Shown here: positions 21,299 to 32,523 of the stretch, piece by piece | Position numbering within the stretch: the stretch's first letter is position 1 | Layout: each line of letters starts with the position of its first letter | Origin: a bacterium | Lineage (GTDB): Bacteria > UBA8248 > JACPRG01 > G963555815 | Length of the DNA: 64,000 nucleotides | Reading direction: 5' to 3' | NCBI GenBank assembly: GCA_965218795.1 | Contig: OZ244653.1 | Location: 2,208,001 to 2,272,000 of the forward strand | Translations under genes and position numbers: made by a program | The notes under the pieces: generated by a model | Seen by the model: only the letters and a program-made list of their open reading frames with translations | The model's database searches: none | Told to the model about the DNA's origin: nothing

Positions 21299-24200
21299 AT
21301 GCAATATGACTTGAACCAGCTATCCGACCCAAAGCGTTTCCAACGCTTGGTGAACGCGATCCTCACTGCTAGGTTCGGTGAAGACGCCCGCCTCACGCCT
21401 ATTCAAGGTGCAGATGGTGGTTCCGACGGGGAAACCGCTACGGCCAACCCCTATATGGAGTTCCGCTACGAAGTTTCATCCAAATATTCCAATAATCCCC
21501 TAATCGAAGCGCCCCGACCCGGACGATATCTTTTTCAGGCGAAGTATCATCGTACCGGAGAACAACGTTTATCGGATCTACGTTCACTCGTCGCGAGAGA
21601 ATTCAAGGATGCACTAACTGACGAAGTAGTGAGCCGTTTAGACCGCGAAGACGTAAACTATTTCTTTCTTGTAACGAACATAAGTGCAAGTAAAGACTCC
21701 CTACGCAATATTGATGAAATCCGTTCTGAGGTACTCAAGGGACAACAGCACCTGCATGCAGATGTTTGGTGGGGCGAAAGGATAACGGCATCGTTAGACT
21801 GGGCCCCTCAACTCTGGCCAGCCTATCCAGAGCTCTTTCCCGGAAACGTACCCCCGTTGCTAGGAATGGCTACAACAGAGCACTCTGAAGGTCTATCACG
21901 GACTTTGAAACTGGCGATTGCACAGCAATATGATCGCGACAGCCAAGTTAGATTTCGACAGATTGAACTGGAGAAACGTCTCCTCGATCTCTTTGTTGAT
22001 CTTGACATCGGACGTGTTTTTGATACCGACGAAACCTCCCGCATACCGCACAGTCGGTTGTATTCGCGGCCTAACAGAGATCTAATCCTTAGTGACGGTG
22101 GTTCATCCCGAACGCACGGTCTTCATGATTCTGTGCTTCATCTGTTACTCGACGACGACCGATCAATACCTAGAATATTGCTTGAGGGAGGACCGGGGCA
22201 GGGCAAATCTACGATTACCCAGATGGCCGCACAGGTGTATCGGGAGAAAATTCTAGGCAAACACGACAGTGAATCCAGGGAGCCTACTTGGCATCGTACC
22301 TGTAAACTGCGAATACCGATCCGCCTAGAATTGCGCGACTTGGCGCACTGGATTTCTCAGAATTCCGAAGGAACTCTCGAACAGTACATTGCCTTAACTC
22401 TTGCCCGCGAATCAGGAGGAGCCACGTTACTGCCAGCAGACATTCATAGTCTATTGGAACATAGTTCGACTATCTTACTTTTGGATGGACTGGACGAAAT
22501 CGGAAACGACACGCTACGAGATCAGGTTCTTGATGCAGCACTGGCTGCAATCTCGCGTTTTGAAACAACACTAAAGACCGATGTAAGGGTCGTCCTAACC
22601 ACACGACCGCCCGCCGTACTAGGTCGATGGAGCAAACTCAAAGGGTTTATCCGAGTAGTACTTGCTCCAATGGACGCTGAGCGCATCGACGACTACTTGG
22701 AGCGCTGGCTGCAAGCCCACATCCCGACAAGTGAAGACAGGGATCGGATTAGAGCCTCTTTCAACAGCCGCCGGGATGACTCCCATGTTGAAGCTCTTGC
22801 CCGCAATCCCATGCAGTTGTCCGTGCTACTTCAATTTATTTACCTAAAGGGCGAAGCATTTCCCGATCGTAGGGCCGAGCTTTATCGTGATTATTTTCAA
22901 ATCGTCATAGATCGCGATGTTGAGAAAAGTCCTGAGTTGAGAAAACATCGAGAGGTCGTAGAAGGACTTCATTCTTACCTCGGTTTCCTACTACACGGTT
23001 TTGCTGAAGCGGAAAAGGGGCGACGAGCACTAAATCGCAATGAGATCGTTGAACTCGCTGGGCAATGGCTCGAAGGAGAAGGTCACTCCAAGGAGTTGGC
23101 GGGTACTTATTTCGCCCTCGGGGAGGAGCGGTTCGGATTAATAGTGGCGTTGTCGGGAGAGGGACACGAAACGACGTACGGTTTCGAAGTTCAACCCATC
23201 CAGGAATATTTTGCGGCGGCATATATCAGTAATCGTTTAGCCAACGGACGGGCTCATAATGTGTTTGAGACGCTCATTTACAAGGATTATTGGCGAGAAG
23301 TCGCTCTATTTCTAGCTGGATTGCGTCGCCCGAATGAAAAAGCAGACTTGGTTGCTCGTGCAAAGGAGGCAGATAAGGAGGCTATAAATCGCGGGCAAGA
23401 AAACGGGCGGGCGATAATTCTTCAACTCTTAAACGAAGGGGTCCTGAGCCAACCTCGTCATGTCCAGAGCGAGGCTATGCAGTACGCGATTGGCTTCCTA
23501 GATGCGTCAACACTACGTCTACAACGAAATCCGCACGAGCTTATCGATTCACTATCTGAACTTGCTCGAATGTATGGAAGTAATGAAACACACACCAAAA
23601 TTATCGAAATCGTAAAAGGTGTTTCTCAATCCAGTGATCACGGATTGGTTTCTCTGATGCATCGGATGGCAGGAAATGCACTCCCGAAGGAGCAGTATAT
23701 GCAACTTGTACTCGATCACTTGGGTTTAGCGCCCGAAACACGGGGATTAGTTCGTGTCAGTTGTCCGCTGGACGTGACAGGAATAATAGAAGAACTTGGT
23801 AGTAACCACATGTATTGGGAAGGAATCCCTGCCCATGTGCTTGCGCGCCGCCTTTGGTCATCTGCGACACGCCAGGGAATTGTGCCTGAGATTGTTTATC
23901 CATCTGGAACGCACCTGAGTTTGATACTTCAATTCGCCGTTGGTCACTCGAACATACGTCGTCAGCCTAAGAACGTTATTGCCATCGGGGGGGCAACGGT
24001 CCCGGCAATTTGGAAGTTGTATCAAAACGTTCAGTTAATTCGAGCTTGGCCCATCGACGGCGATGAGGCGACCACATACTATAAGGAACATTTGGGAGCG
24101 AGTGGGATTGAGAATTTATCGTGGACCAATGGCCGAGAAGAGCCGCTTCCGCAAGATGTAGAACAATGCATTCGGGAGTTGATCGATAGGAGTGATGGTT

Positions 24201-25117
24201 TTATTTCCGCACTCCGTGGTCGAGAGAAAGGCGAGAAAAACGATAGTTTATCTTCCTATTTGGAAGCAATCAGGAGGTGCCTGGGAGAACCTGGGATTGT
24301 TGCGTGGATTGCTGCACGCTGTGCTAGTGAACTGTTCCGGAACTCAGCACTCGCTAGGGGTGAATTGGGTCCGAGTGGACTACTGGACGATATATTGGAA
24401 GTGCTGCATGAAATATACCGTTTTCCCGATATACAATACCCACGGAGAATGTATTTGATGGAACGGTTCGGATTTGGTATGCCCCTCGCAATACGTTTGG
24501 AGTCGGGATCTGATTTGCGACTACTTCACCAAGTAGCGGCAGACTTCGTTCTCGGAAAAATGAAAGCAGAGGAGAGGAACCGTTTCAGTTGGCTCAAAGA
24601 AATCCCGTTGTCAGCATTGATGGTCAAACCATTGATTGATATCTGTCGTGGCAAGATGGAAGCCCTTCTTCGGTTTATCGGGTCACGGGCAGTACCAATT
24701 GGATCTATCTACTCCCGGGGTCGTCGTATAAGGGTTCAAGATACACATCGCATTCTCAAGATTTGCCGTGAAACGCAAGAACATGAGGTTTTACAAGGCG
24801 CTGCTGCAGTGTTAATTGACGCCACATTTGCGCGAATTGCGGAACCGGCACTTATTCAGAAAATTCTCACTGCATCTCCTATGAGTCCGTTGGTCGTACG
24901 TGTGTTTAATACCCACGATACTATCGCAGGGCGAGAAGAGGACCCCGAGTTAAAAGAGCTTGCTCGGAAGGTTGCGCCCAAGATATTGGCTCAAGCAGGA
25001 GAACATCCGTTTATGGTTGTGAACAGGGCAGCCGTATTTTGGGCTGAAGTAGAGGCCCAGCGAAACGTACCGTTGTTTGAAGAGTGCCCAGAACTCAAGA
25101 GGTCGAACCAAGTTTAG
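21299..25117 (+). CDS. NACHT/STAND NTPase with N-terminal restriction-endonuclease-like domain (Avs/bNACHT-like defence protein)
   Basis: N-terminal FQRLV...GADGGSDG...YLFQAKY (PD-(D/E)xK, QxK type); Walker A LEGGPGQGKST, Walker B LLLDGLDEI, LTTRP, RNPMQLS, IQEYFAA, WREVALF; low GC. Confidence 0.85.
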   Translation: MQYDLNQLSDPKRFQRLVNAILTARFGEDARLTPIQGADGGSDGETATANPYMEFRYEVSSKYSNNPLIEAPRPGRYLFQAKYHRTGEQRLSDLRSLVAREFKDALTDEVVSRLDREDVNYFFLVTNISASKDSLRNIDEIRSEVLKGQQHLHADVWWGERITASLDWAPQLWPAYPELFPGNVPPLLGMATTEHSEGLSRTLKLAIAQQYDRDSQVRFRQIELEKRLLDLFVDLDIGRVFDTDETSRIPHSRLYSRPNRDLILSDGGSSRTHGLHDSVLHLLLDDDRSIPRILLEGGPGQGKSTITQMAAQVYREKILGKHDSESREPTWHRTCKLRIPIRLELRDLAHWISQNSEGTLEQYIALTLARESGGATLLPADIHSLLEHSSTILLLDGLDEIGNDTLRDQVLDAALAAISRFETTLKTDVRVVLTTRPPAVLGRWSKLKGFIRVVLAPMDAERIDDYLERWLQAHIPTSEDRDRIRASFNSRRDDSHVEALARNPMQLSVLLQFIYLKGEAFPDRRAELYRDYFQIVIDRDVEKSPELRKHREVVEGLHSYLGFLLHGFAEAEKGRRALNRNEIVELAGQWLEGEGHSKELAGTYFALGEERFGLIVALSGEGHETTYGFEVQPIQEYFAAAYISNRLANGRAHNVFETLIYKDYWREVALFLAGLRRPNEKADLVARAKEADKEAINRGQENGRAIILQLLNEGVLSQPRHVQSEAMQYAIGFLDASTLRLQRNPHELIDSLSELARMYGSNETHTKIIEIVKGVSQSSDHGLVSLMHRMAGNALPKEQYMQLVLDHLGLAPETRGLVRVSCPLDVTGIIEELGSNHMYWEGIPAHVLARRLWSSATRQGIVPEIVYPSGTHLSLILQFAVGHSNIRRQPKNVIAIGGATVPAIWKLYQNVQLIRAWPIDGDEATTYYKEHLGASGIENLSWTNGREEPLPQDVEQCIRELIDRSDGFISALRGREKGEKNDSLSSYLEAIRRCLGEPGIVAWIAARCASELFRNSALARGELGPSGLLDDILEVLHEIYRFPDIQYPRRMYLMERFGFGMPLAIRLESGSDLRLLHQVAADFVLGKMKAEERNRFSWLKEIPLSALMVKPLIDICRGKMEALLRFIGSRAVPIGSIYSRGRRIRVQDTHRILKICRETQEHEVLQGAAAVLIDATFARIAEPALIQKILTASPMSPLVVRVFNTHDTIAGREEDPELKELARKVAPKILAQAGEHPFMVVNRAAVFWAEVEAQRNVPLFEECPELKRSNQV

Positions 25118-25524
25118 CTAACAGCTATACAGGGTATGAATGGCAGAGATTATTTTAATTTAATGTGATAATGAGTCGATGGTAGAAAAGAGCATTTTAT
25201 AGAATCGTTCTTCTCGTCTGATTTAGACCGAAGAGCACAAAATATATAGATCGATCCAATCGAGAGTGTCAACGATAACTTCCGAACATTCTGGAACTGC
25301 TTTTTGGGGAAACCGTGTTCCTGAAAGGGTTCCCTCGTGAATGAGTTAATTGCGCATAATTCTGAAATTGACATTGATATTTTCGGGCTGGTCGAATACC
25401 GCGGCGAGGACGAGGGCACGGACGCCGGGACGGGCATGTCCCATGCCTGGCGCAAGAGCGCGTTGTTCGACCGCTTCCTGGGTTTCGAGGTCCGGCTCGA
25501 AGGCGCCGGCGCGGCGCGGTACTG

Positions 25525-27363
25525 ATGGGCGCGCTCGGGGGACCGATGACAGCCGCGCGCCGGGTGCTCGGGGATGTGTTCGGGTTCGAGGGGTTCCGCC
25601 CCGGCCAGGAAGCGGCCATCGAGGCGCTGCTGGCGGGGCGCAACGTGCTCACGGTGATGCCGACGGGATCGGGCAAGTCGCTGTGCTTTCAGATCCCGGC
25701 CCTGATCATGGAGGGGCTCGCTGTCGTGGTGTCGCCGCTGATCGCGCTGATGCGGGACCAGGTCGCCGCCCTGCGGCTCGCGGGCGTCGCGGCGGACAGC
25801 ATCAACTCCGCCAACGACCGCGGCGACAACATCGCCGTCTGGCGCCGGGCCGCGGCGGGAGAGACCCGTCTTCTCTACATGGCGCCGGAACGGCTGATGA
25901 CCGAGCCGATGCTGGCGGCGCTGGCCCGGCTGCCGGTGACGCTGTTCGTCATCGACGAGGCGCATTGCATCTCCCAGTGGGGGCCGGCCTTCCGGCCGGA
26001 ATACGAGGACCTGTGCCGGTTGCGGGACCTCTTCCCCGAGGTTCCGATCGCCGCGCTGACGGCGACCGCCGATGAAGTGACCCGCGAGGACATCGCCGAT
26101 CGGCTGTTCGGGGGCCGGGTGGAACCCTTCATCCTCGGCTTCGACCGTCCGAACATCAAGCTGTCGGTGGAGATGAAACGCGAGTGGAAGCGGCAGTTGC
26201 TGAGCTTCATCGCGCGCCATGAAGGCGAGAGCGGCATCGTCTACTGCCTGTCGCGCAAGAAGACGGAGGAGACCGCCGCCCTGCTGGCGGCGGACGGAGT
26301 GCGGGCGTTTCCCTATCACGCGGGCATGGAGAAGGAGGACCGGGAGGCGCACCAGAACGTCTTCATGACCGATCCGGGCGTCGTCATCGTCGCCACCATC
26401 GCTTTCGGCATGGGGATCGACAAGGCGGACGTGCGCTACGTCTTCCACACCGATCTGCCGGGCAGCATCGAGGCCTATTACCAGGAGATCGGCCGGGCCG
26501 GACGCGACGGCGCGCCCGCCGAGGCCCACATGCTCTATGGGCTGGCCGATATCCGCATGCGGCGGCAGTTCATCGAGGATGAGGATGCCGGCGCTGAGCG
26601 CAAGCGGCGCGAGCACAAGCGGCTCGACGCCTTGCTCGGCTATTGCGAGGCGCCGTCCTGCCGCCGGGTGGCTCTGCTCGATTACTTCGGCGAGCGGATC
26701 GAGCCTTGCGGCAATTGCGATGCCTGCCTCGACCCGGCCGAGCGCGTCGACGGGACCGAGGATGCGCAGAAGATCCTGTCGGCGGTCTACCACTCGGGCG
26801 AACGGTTCGGCGCGGCGCATGTGATCGATATCCTGCGCGGGACCGAGGCCGAGAAGATCGTGCGCGCCGGTCATCACCGGCTGCCGCCCTTCGGAGTCGG
26901 CGCGGCGCGCGGCAAGAACGAATGGCGCTCGCTGATCCGCCAGATGGTGGCGACCGGGTTTCTGCGGCTCGACATCGCGGGCTATGGCGGGCTCGCGTTC
27001 ACCGGCAAGGGCCGCGCCCTGCTGGGGGGCGAGGGCGAGTTCCACTACCGCGAGGACACGGTGGTTGCACGGCCGTCCGCGGCGCCGCGCGAGACGCGCG
27101 GGAAAGAACCCGAACATCCGCTCAGCGACGATCAGGCGACGCTGCTGGCCGTGCTCAAGGCGTTGCGACTGCAACTTGCCAAGGAGCGCGGCGTACCGGC
27201 CTATATCGTGTTTCCCGACCGCTCGCTGATCGACATGGCGCGCCGGCGCCCGCGCACCGAAGAGGAGTTCGCCGAGGTCAACGGCGTCGGAGCGGCCAAG
27301 CTCGAGGCGTTCGCGGCGCCGTTTCTGGCCGCCATCGACGGCGCGCTGTCCGATGCGGGCTGA
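25525..27363 (+). CDS. recQ: DNA helicase RecQ
   Basis: MPTGSGKSLCFQ, IDEAHCISQWG, ATIAFGMGIDK, QEIGRAGRDG, Zn-binding CRR..CGNCDAC, RQC and HRDC domains. Confidence 0.95.
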   Translation: MGALGGPMTAARRVLGDVFGFEGFRPGQEAAIEALLAGRNVLTVMPTGSGKSLCFQIPALIMEGLAVVVSPLIALMRDQVAALRLAGVAADSINSANDRGDNIAVWRRAAAGETRLLYMAPERLMTEPMLAALARLPVTLFVIDEAHCISQWGPAFRPEYEDLCRLRDLFPEVPIAALTATADEVTREDIADRLFGGRVEPFILGFDRPNIKLSVEMKREWKRQLLSFIARHEGESGIVYCLSRKKTEETAALLAADGVRAFPYHAGMEKEDREAHQNVFMTDPGVVIVATIAFGMGIDKADVRYVFHTDLPGSIEAYYQEIGRAGRDGAPAEAHMLYGLADIRMRRQFIEDEDAGAERKRREHKRLDALLGYCEAPSCRRVALLDYFGERIEPCGNCDACLDPAERVDGTEDAQKILSAVYHSGERFGAAHVIDILRGTEAEKIVRAGHHRLPPFGVGAARGKNEWRSLIRQMVATGFLRLDIAGYGGLAFTGKGRALLGGEGEFHYREDTVVARPSAAPRETRGKEPEHPLSDDQATLLAVLKALRLQLAKERGVPAYIVFPDRSLIDMARRRPRTEEEFAEVNGVGAAKLEAFAAPFLAAIDGALSDAG

Positions 27364-27479
27364 GCGCCGGCTCCCTGGAACGGGGCCGGTATTGACGGTG
27401 AAGACCGGCTTGCCGCGCTTGAACGTTCACATTATGTTCGTTTCAGCGATTGACGCGGATTGATCCCGATCGGCTTGCC

Positions 27480-28110
27480 ATGACCGATGAGATCGTCATC
27501 ACCGAAAAATCCAGCCAGGCGAAGGATGTCCGCGCCGCCGTCGGGTCCCGTTACGGCGCCGTTCTCCCGGCCGAGGGCCATCTGCTCGACTTGGTCGAGC
27601 CGGAGGATGTGAACCCGGCCTGGAAGCGCTGGTCGGCGGTGATGCTGAGGCCCGAGGGGCTCTACGGCACCAAGCCGGCTTCGGGCGGCAACAAGGCGGC
27701 GCCAAGCGGGTTTGGCTCGCCACCGATTGCGACCGTGAGGGGCAGCTCATCAGCCAGGAAATCCTGGAGCATTGCGGCTATCGCGGCGAGGTCCTGAGGG
27801 TGCTGTTCACCACGCAGGACGCGCAGACCATCCGCGAGGCGTTCGGTCGCGCCCGACCCAACAGTGAACACGCCCGCCTCTATGCCGCTGCCGTTGCGCG
27901 GCGACAGGCCGATCAGATCTACAACCTGTCGCTGACCTGTACGGCGACCGGTACGCTTGGCCGGGACGCGCGGGGCGTGATCGGGGTCGGCAGGGTGAAG
28001 ACGCCGACCCTGGCGATCGCGTGCAAGCGCGAACTGGAGATCCGCGACTTCGTTCCAGTCCCGTATTACGAGGTGGCGGCCGTGGCGGAAGTCGAGGGCG
28101 GCGCGTTCCG
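27480..28110 (+). pseudogene. topB: DNA topoisomerase III (type IA) N-terminal remnant
   Basis: IVITEKSSQAK, AEGHLL, ATDCDREGQLI (shifted frame), VGRVKTPTL; internal deletion and truncation by IS5 scrap. Confidence 0.75.
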
Positions 28111-28270
28111 GCTGCGCCGGCCCGGGATAACGGGTGTTCCGCCCCGCGCTTCGATATCATCGCGGACGGCGTCGAAGTCGTAACCCCGGTCTGCGATCAG
28201 CACCTTCGGCTGCAGAAGATTGTCATCGATGACGGCATCGTACCCTTTGTAGTCTGAGGCTTGGCCAGGG
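28110..28270 (-). mobile_element. IS5-family transposase internal fragment
   Basis: GQASDYKGY...VLIADRGYDFDAVRDDIEARGGTPVIPGRRSR. Confidence 0.7.
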
Positions 28271-28891
28271 GTGTTCTCGACCCTCATGGGCAGAAACGGG
28301 ATGGGGAAGACGACGACCGTCCGTTCCATTACCGGCCTGACGCCGCCGCGATCCGGCCGCATCCTGTTCGAGGGAGTCGAGATTCACAACCGGCCCAGCT
28401 ACGTCGTCGCGCGCTCGGGTCTTGGGCTCGTCCCCGAGGGTCGTCAGGTCTTCCCGAATCTAACGGTGAGAGAAAACCTGGTGGCCACGGCGGCCAACCG
28501 CTCGAATATGAAGAATCCCTGGACGCTCGAGGGTATCTATGAGATGTTCCCGAAGCTGAACGAGCGGCGTAACTTTCTCGGGGGGACCCTCTCGGGCGGC
28601 GAGCAGCAAATGCTTGCCATCGGGCGGGCGTTGATGACGAACTCCAGGCTGCTTGTCCTGGATGAAGCAACAGAGGGGCTGGCTCCCCTGATTTGTGATG
28701 ATATCTGGAAGTGTCTGGAACGCTTGAAGGCTGGAGGACAAGCCATTCTGGTGATTGATCGAAACCTGGAAGCCCTGACGCCCATTGCGGACAGGCACTA
28801 CATCATGGAGAAGGGCCGTGTGGTCTGGTCGGGGGATTCGGTAGCCTTGGCCGAACGGGATGACCTGAAGCATCGATATCTCGGTGTATAG
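28271..28891 (+). pseudogene. LivF-like branched-chain amino acid ABC ATPase, 5'-truncated
   Basis: GRNGMGKTT, VPEGRQVFPNLTVRENL, LSGGEQQMLAIGRAL; first ~25 residues replaced by IS5 scrap. Confidence 0.75.
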
Positions 28892-28954
28892 CGGCACAGA
28901 GGGCGGACCCGGAGACGCTCCGGTTCGTCTTCCACGGCGCTTGGAAGCGTAGGG

Positions 28955-29130
28955 ATGGCAAAATTTGTTTTCGGCCGATATTCGACCGAATAACTGGAAG
29001 AACAATACGACGCGCAGGCCGTCGTGTCGGAGCACGTGGAAATCTTTCAGGACTGGGCCAACCGCATGGGGCCGTATCGTGCAAAGACGAAAACAGTACG
29101 AATAAAAAGCATAAACATAGATATGGGTGG
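28955..29130 (+). pseudogene. Possible alpha/beta-hydrolase (arylformamidase-like) N-terminal remnant
   Basis: MAKFVFGRYSTE*LEEQYDAQAVV...FQDW with in-frame stop. Confidence 0.3.
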
Positions 29131-29324
29131 GGTCCCCTGGATTTTGCGGGAGGCAGAGACACCGGAGCTCTGATGCCCATGGCGATAGAGTGTATTTGGG
29201 GCGAGGAGTTGGGAGACAATTACAAGCTGCGGCTGCTTGAGAGCCCCTAAAAAGATCCAGAACTCTTAGACTTTGTCGCTAGGCGTGATCCTTAAGTATA
29301 AACCCTAAAAAGAGCGAGGAGAAA

Positions 29325-30171
29325 GTGAATCAGGCAGTCATCAGACTCTCTTCCCGGGAGGCTAACCTCAAGAAGAAGATACGCCGCCATCTTCGTGCAC
29401 TCGGCTTTCAGAAGATGGCCGATGGCGCCCTTAATAAGGTAAAAGGCAGCGGCAAGGACGTTATACGGGCGCTCCATAGCTCGCAAAGACACGATCGATG
29501 GGAGGCGAACCGTGATTTCTTGGCACAGCGCGCGCCAGCACTAATAAAATATTTTGCGTCGGGGCGAGAGATTGAACCGACCAATATATCGCCGGTTTTG
29601 GAAAGGATATATGCAGATACATGGCAGTCTGAACTCTTCAGGCTGGCGTCCCTGACTTGGTCTGTGCCGGTGTCGAATGGATTTGGTCGCCGCCTCAGAT
29701 ATCTCGTATGGGACGCACATAATGAAAAACTGATCGGATTGATCGCGATCGGTGATCCGGTCTTTAACCTCTGGTCCGCGACAGCCTGATCGGGTGGAAC
29801 GCACATGATCGCGGTGCGCGTCTTGTCAATATGGTGGACGCCTATGTTCTCGGTGCCCTACCGCCGTATAGTGTCCTGCTCGGCGGCAAGATGGTGGCCT
29901 GTCTTGTACGGACCCGTAAGATATATGACCGTTTTACGCAAACCTACGGTGGAACAACCGGTATTATTTCCGGGCAACAGAAGAAGGCGCGTCTTCTTGC
30001 CGTGACGACATCCTCGTCAATGGGCCGTTCCTCCGTCTACAACAGATTGAAACTGGACGGTGCCGAGTATTTTCGTTCTATCGGGTACACAGGAGGATGG
30101 GGCCACTTTCACATCCCCGACGGGTTGTTTGCCGAGTTACGCGACTACCTGCGACAAATCGGGCATCCATA
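29325..30171 (+). pseudogene. druA: Druantia DruA-like (DUF4338) protein, frameshifted and 3'-truncated
   Basis: WSVPVSNGFGRRLRYLVWD, IGDPVFNL, DAYVLGALPPYSVLLGGK, TTSSSMGRSSVYNRLK, GYTGGWGHFH. Confidence 0.75.
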
Positions 30172-30262
30172 CGCTGCCCTTCGTGACACACTGCTACCAA
30201 ACTGGTGTCGGGGGGAGGTGCGGTTGAAAGACGGCGCGCAACTCACGGAGGTAAAGAGATGA
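30172..30262 (+). pseudogene. hsdS: Type I R-M specificity subunit extreme C-terminus remnant
   Basis: AALRDTLLP...GEVRLKD resembles HsdS tail LRDTLLPKLxSGExRV; stop overlaps the next ATG. Confidence 0.6.
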
Positions 30263-31507
30263 ACAAGGTGTCCATACAATACACTGCACCGCCACCGCCG
30301 CGAATCGAGTCCCTGAAGGTGCAAAATTTTCGTGCTTTGCGAGATGTCGAGTTCAAAAACTTGACACCGATGACGGTGCTGCTCGGTCCGAATGGTAGCG
30401 GCAAGTCCACAGTGTTCGATGTGTTCGCGTTCCTCGCGGAGTGTTTCGAGGCCGGCCTGCGGCGCGCCTGGGACCGGCGCGGGCGGGCCAGGGAACTCAA
30501 GACCCGCGGCGCCGAGGACGCGGTGACGATCGAGATCAAATACCGCGAACGGCCGAGGACTCCTCTGATTACCTATCATCTGGCTGTCGATGAGCCAGCA
30601 GGTGCGCCGGTTGTCGTTCGTGAATCGTTGAGTTGGAAGCGGAGTAGCTACGGAGCGCCATTTCGTTTCCTTGAGTACCAACGCGGCCAAGGCAGAGCCG
30701 CCAGCGGCGAGGCGCCGGATGCGGAAGCCCAAAGAATTGAAATTCCGCTCAAATCGCCCGATCTGCTTGCAGTCAATGCGCTGGGGCAGTTTCAGGAACA
30801 CCCGCGCGTGGCGGCGCTGCGCGACTTCATCATGGGTTGGCACGTGTCCTATCTTTCCGCGGAGAGCGCCCGCGGCCAACCGGAAGCGGGACCGCATGAA
30901 CGTCTGACTAGAACCGGCGACAATCTCGCCAACGTCATCCAATATCTGGCTGAGCAACATCCGGCGCGGCTAGAACGCATCTTCGGCGCGCTGCGCGCGC
31001 GTACCCCGCATCGAAAGGGTTCTGGCCGAAACCATGCAGGACGGTCGGCTATTGTTGCAGATCAAGGACGTCCCGTTCAGCCATCCGGTGTTGGCCCGTT
31101 TCGCCTCCGACGGCACATTGAAGATGCTGGCCTATCTGGTGCTGCTGTACGATCCAGAACCACCGCCCTTCATCGGAATCGAAGAACCGGAGAACTTTCT
31201 GCACCCGCGGCTGCTTCACGAACTGGCCGAGGAATGCCGCGAGGCAAGCGCGCGCACCCAATTGCTCGTCACCACCCATTCACCGTTTTTTCTCGACGCG
31301 CTGCGGCTTAAAGAGGTGCGCGTTCTATGGCGCAACGAGGACGGCCACACGCGAACGCAACGCGTCAATGATGTGCGCGGCGTATCCGAGTTCGTGGAGG
31401 CTGGCGCGCAACTCGGTGATTTGTGGATGGAGGGCCATTTCCGGGTGGGCGACCCATTGATCGACCAAGGCGCCCCGACGACCGATGTCGATGGGAGCGA
31501 AATATGA
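30259..31507 (+). pseudogene. AAA_21/ABC-type ATPase, frameshift near 31000
   Basis: [45 protein letters not shown]; indel in a CG repeat. Confidence 0.85.
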
Positions 31508-32208
31508 GGGTGCAGCACCTTGAGGTACTAACCGAGGAGCGTTCGATGGAGGCGTTTCTGCAAACGCTATTGCCGCGCATATTGCCCGACGGTTCGACGT
31601 TTACAATCCATCCCTTTCGAGGGAAGAGCGACCTGTTGAGAAAGCTGCAGGATCGGCTGAGCGCCTATGCGAACTGGATGCCCGAGAATTTCCGGGTTGT
31701 GGTAATGATCGACCGCGATAACGACGATTGCCGGACACTGAAAGAACAACTCGAAACCATTGCGGCAGATTCGGGTTTGCTTACTCGCTCACGAGCCGGC
31801 GGCGGTTCTTGGCAAGTGGTCAATCGCATTGCAATTGAGGAATTGGAGGCGTGGTATTTCGACGACTGGGAAGCAGTATGTAAAGCCTATCCGCGCGTAT
31901 TGCCGAACATTCCGAGCCGAGCTCGCTACCGCGACCCCGACGCGATCCAGGGCGGCACTTGGGAGGCGTTCGAGCGAATCATGAAGAAACACGGTTACTT
32001 CAGGAAAGGATTGGGGAAGGTGCAAGCGGCAGGCGCTATCGCCGAATGCACCGACCCGGCGCGTAACCGCTCTAACAGCTTTGCAAAATTCCACGCCGCC
32101 ATCATTGAGGCGACCGCGCATGAGCGACATGCTGGTCAAAAATCAGGAGAGCGCCGCCCTCTCCGAACCCGCCGTCGAAGCCGCCGCCCTGACGATCCGG
32201 CGCCATAG
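31504..32208 (+). CDS. DUF4276-family protein
   Basis: [50 protein letters not shown]; overlaps ATPase stop; C-terminal end may be read-through. Confidence 0.75.
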   Translation: MRVQHLEVLTEERSMEAFLQTLLPRILPDGSTFTIHPFRGKSDLLRKLQDRLSAYANWMPENFRVVVMIDRDNDDCRTLKEQLETIAADSGLLTRSRAGGGSWQVVNRIAIEELEAWYFDDWEAVCKAYPRVLPNIPSRARYRDPDAIQGGTWEAFERIMKKHGYFRKGLGKVQAAGAIAECTDPARNRSNSFAKFHAAIIEATAHERHAGQKSGERRPLRTRRRSRRPDDPAP

Positions 32209-32240
32209 TTGTGGGACCATCCCGTTTATCCAGGTGCCTG

Positions 32241-32274
32241 AGTCAGATTACTCACCATGTTGAGTAATCTGACT
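32241..32274. promoter_or_regulatory. Perfect 14-bp inverted repeat spanning start codon of an ATPase remnant
   Basis: AGTCAGATTACTCA-ccatgt-TGAGTAATCTGACT. Confidence 0.6.
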
Positions 32275-32523
32275 TACACGAGGCCCCACGCCGCAGACCT
32301 GCTCCACCGTCTGCGCGAGCCGCGTTGTTTCCTCCAGATCGTCACCGGAGCGCGACGGACGTAGGGCAGTACAACTCGACTCGCGGGACAGTTCCTTTCA
32401 ATCGGCCGATGGCCAACCTTTCAACTAGCCGTGCCTGAATCTTGCAAGCATCCGATATGAGACCTCTTGATTCAGCAGTTAATATGGTCTATATTGGACC
32501 AGAATGAATCGACTGGAGGGCGT

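Noticed and set aside
25150-27174. 674-aa minus-strand ORF
   Set aside because: Antisense shadow of recQ
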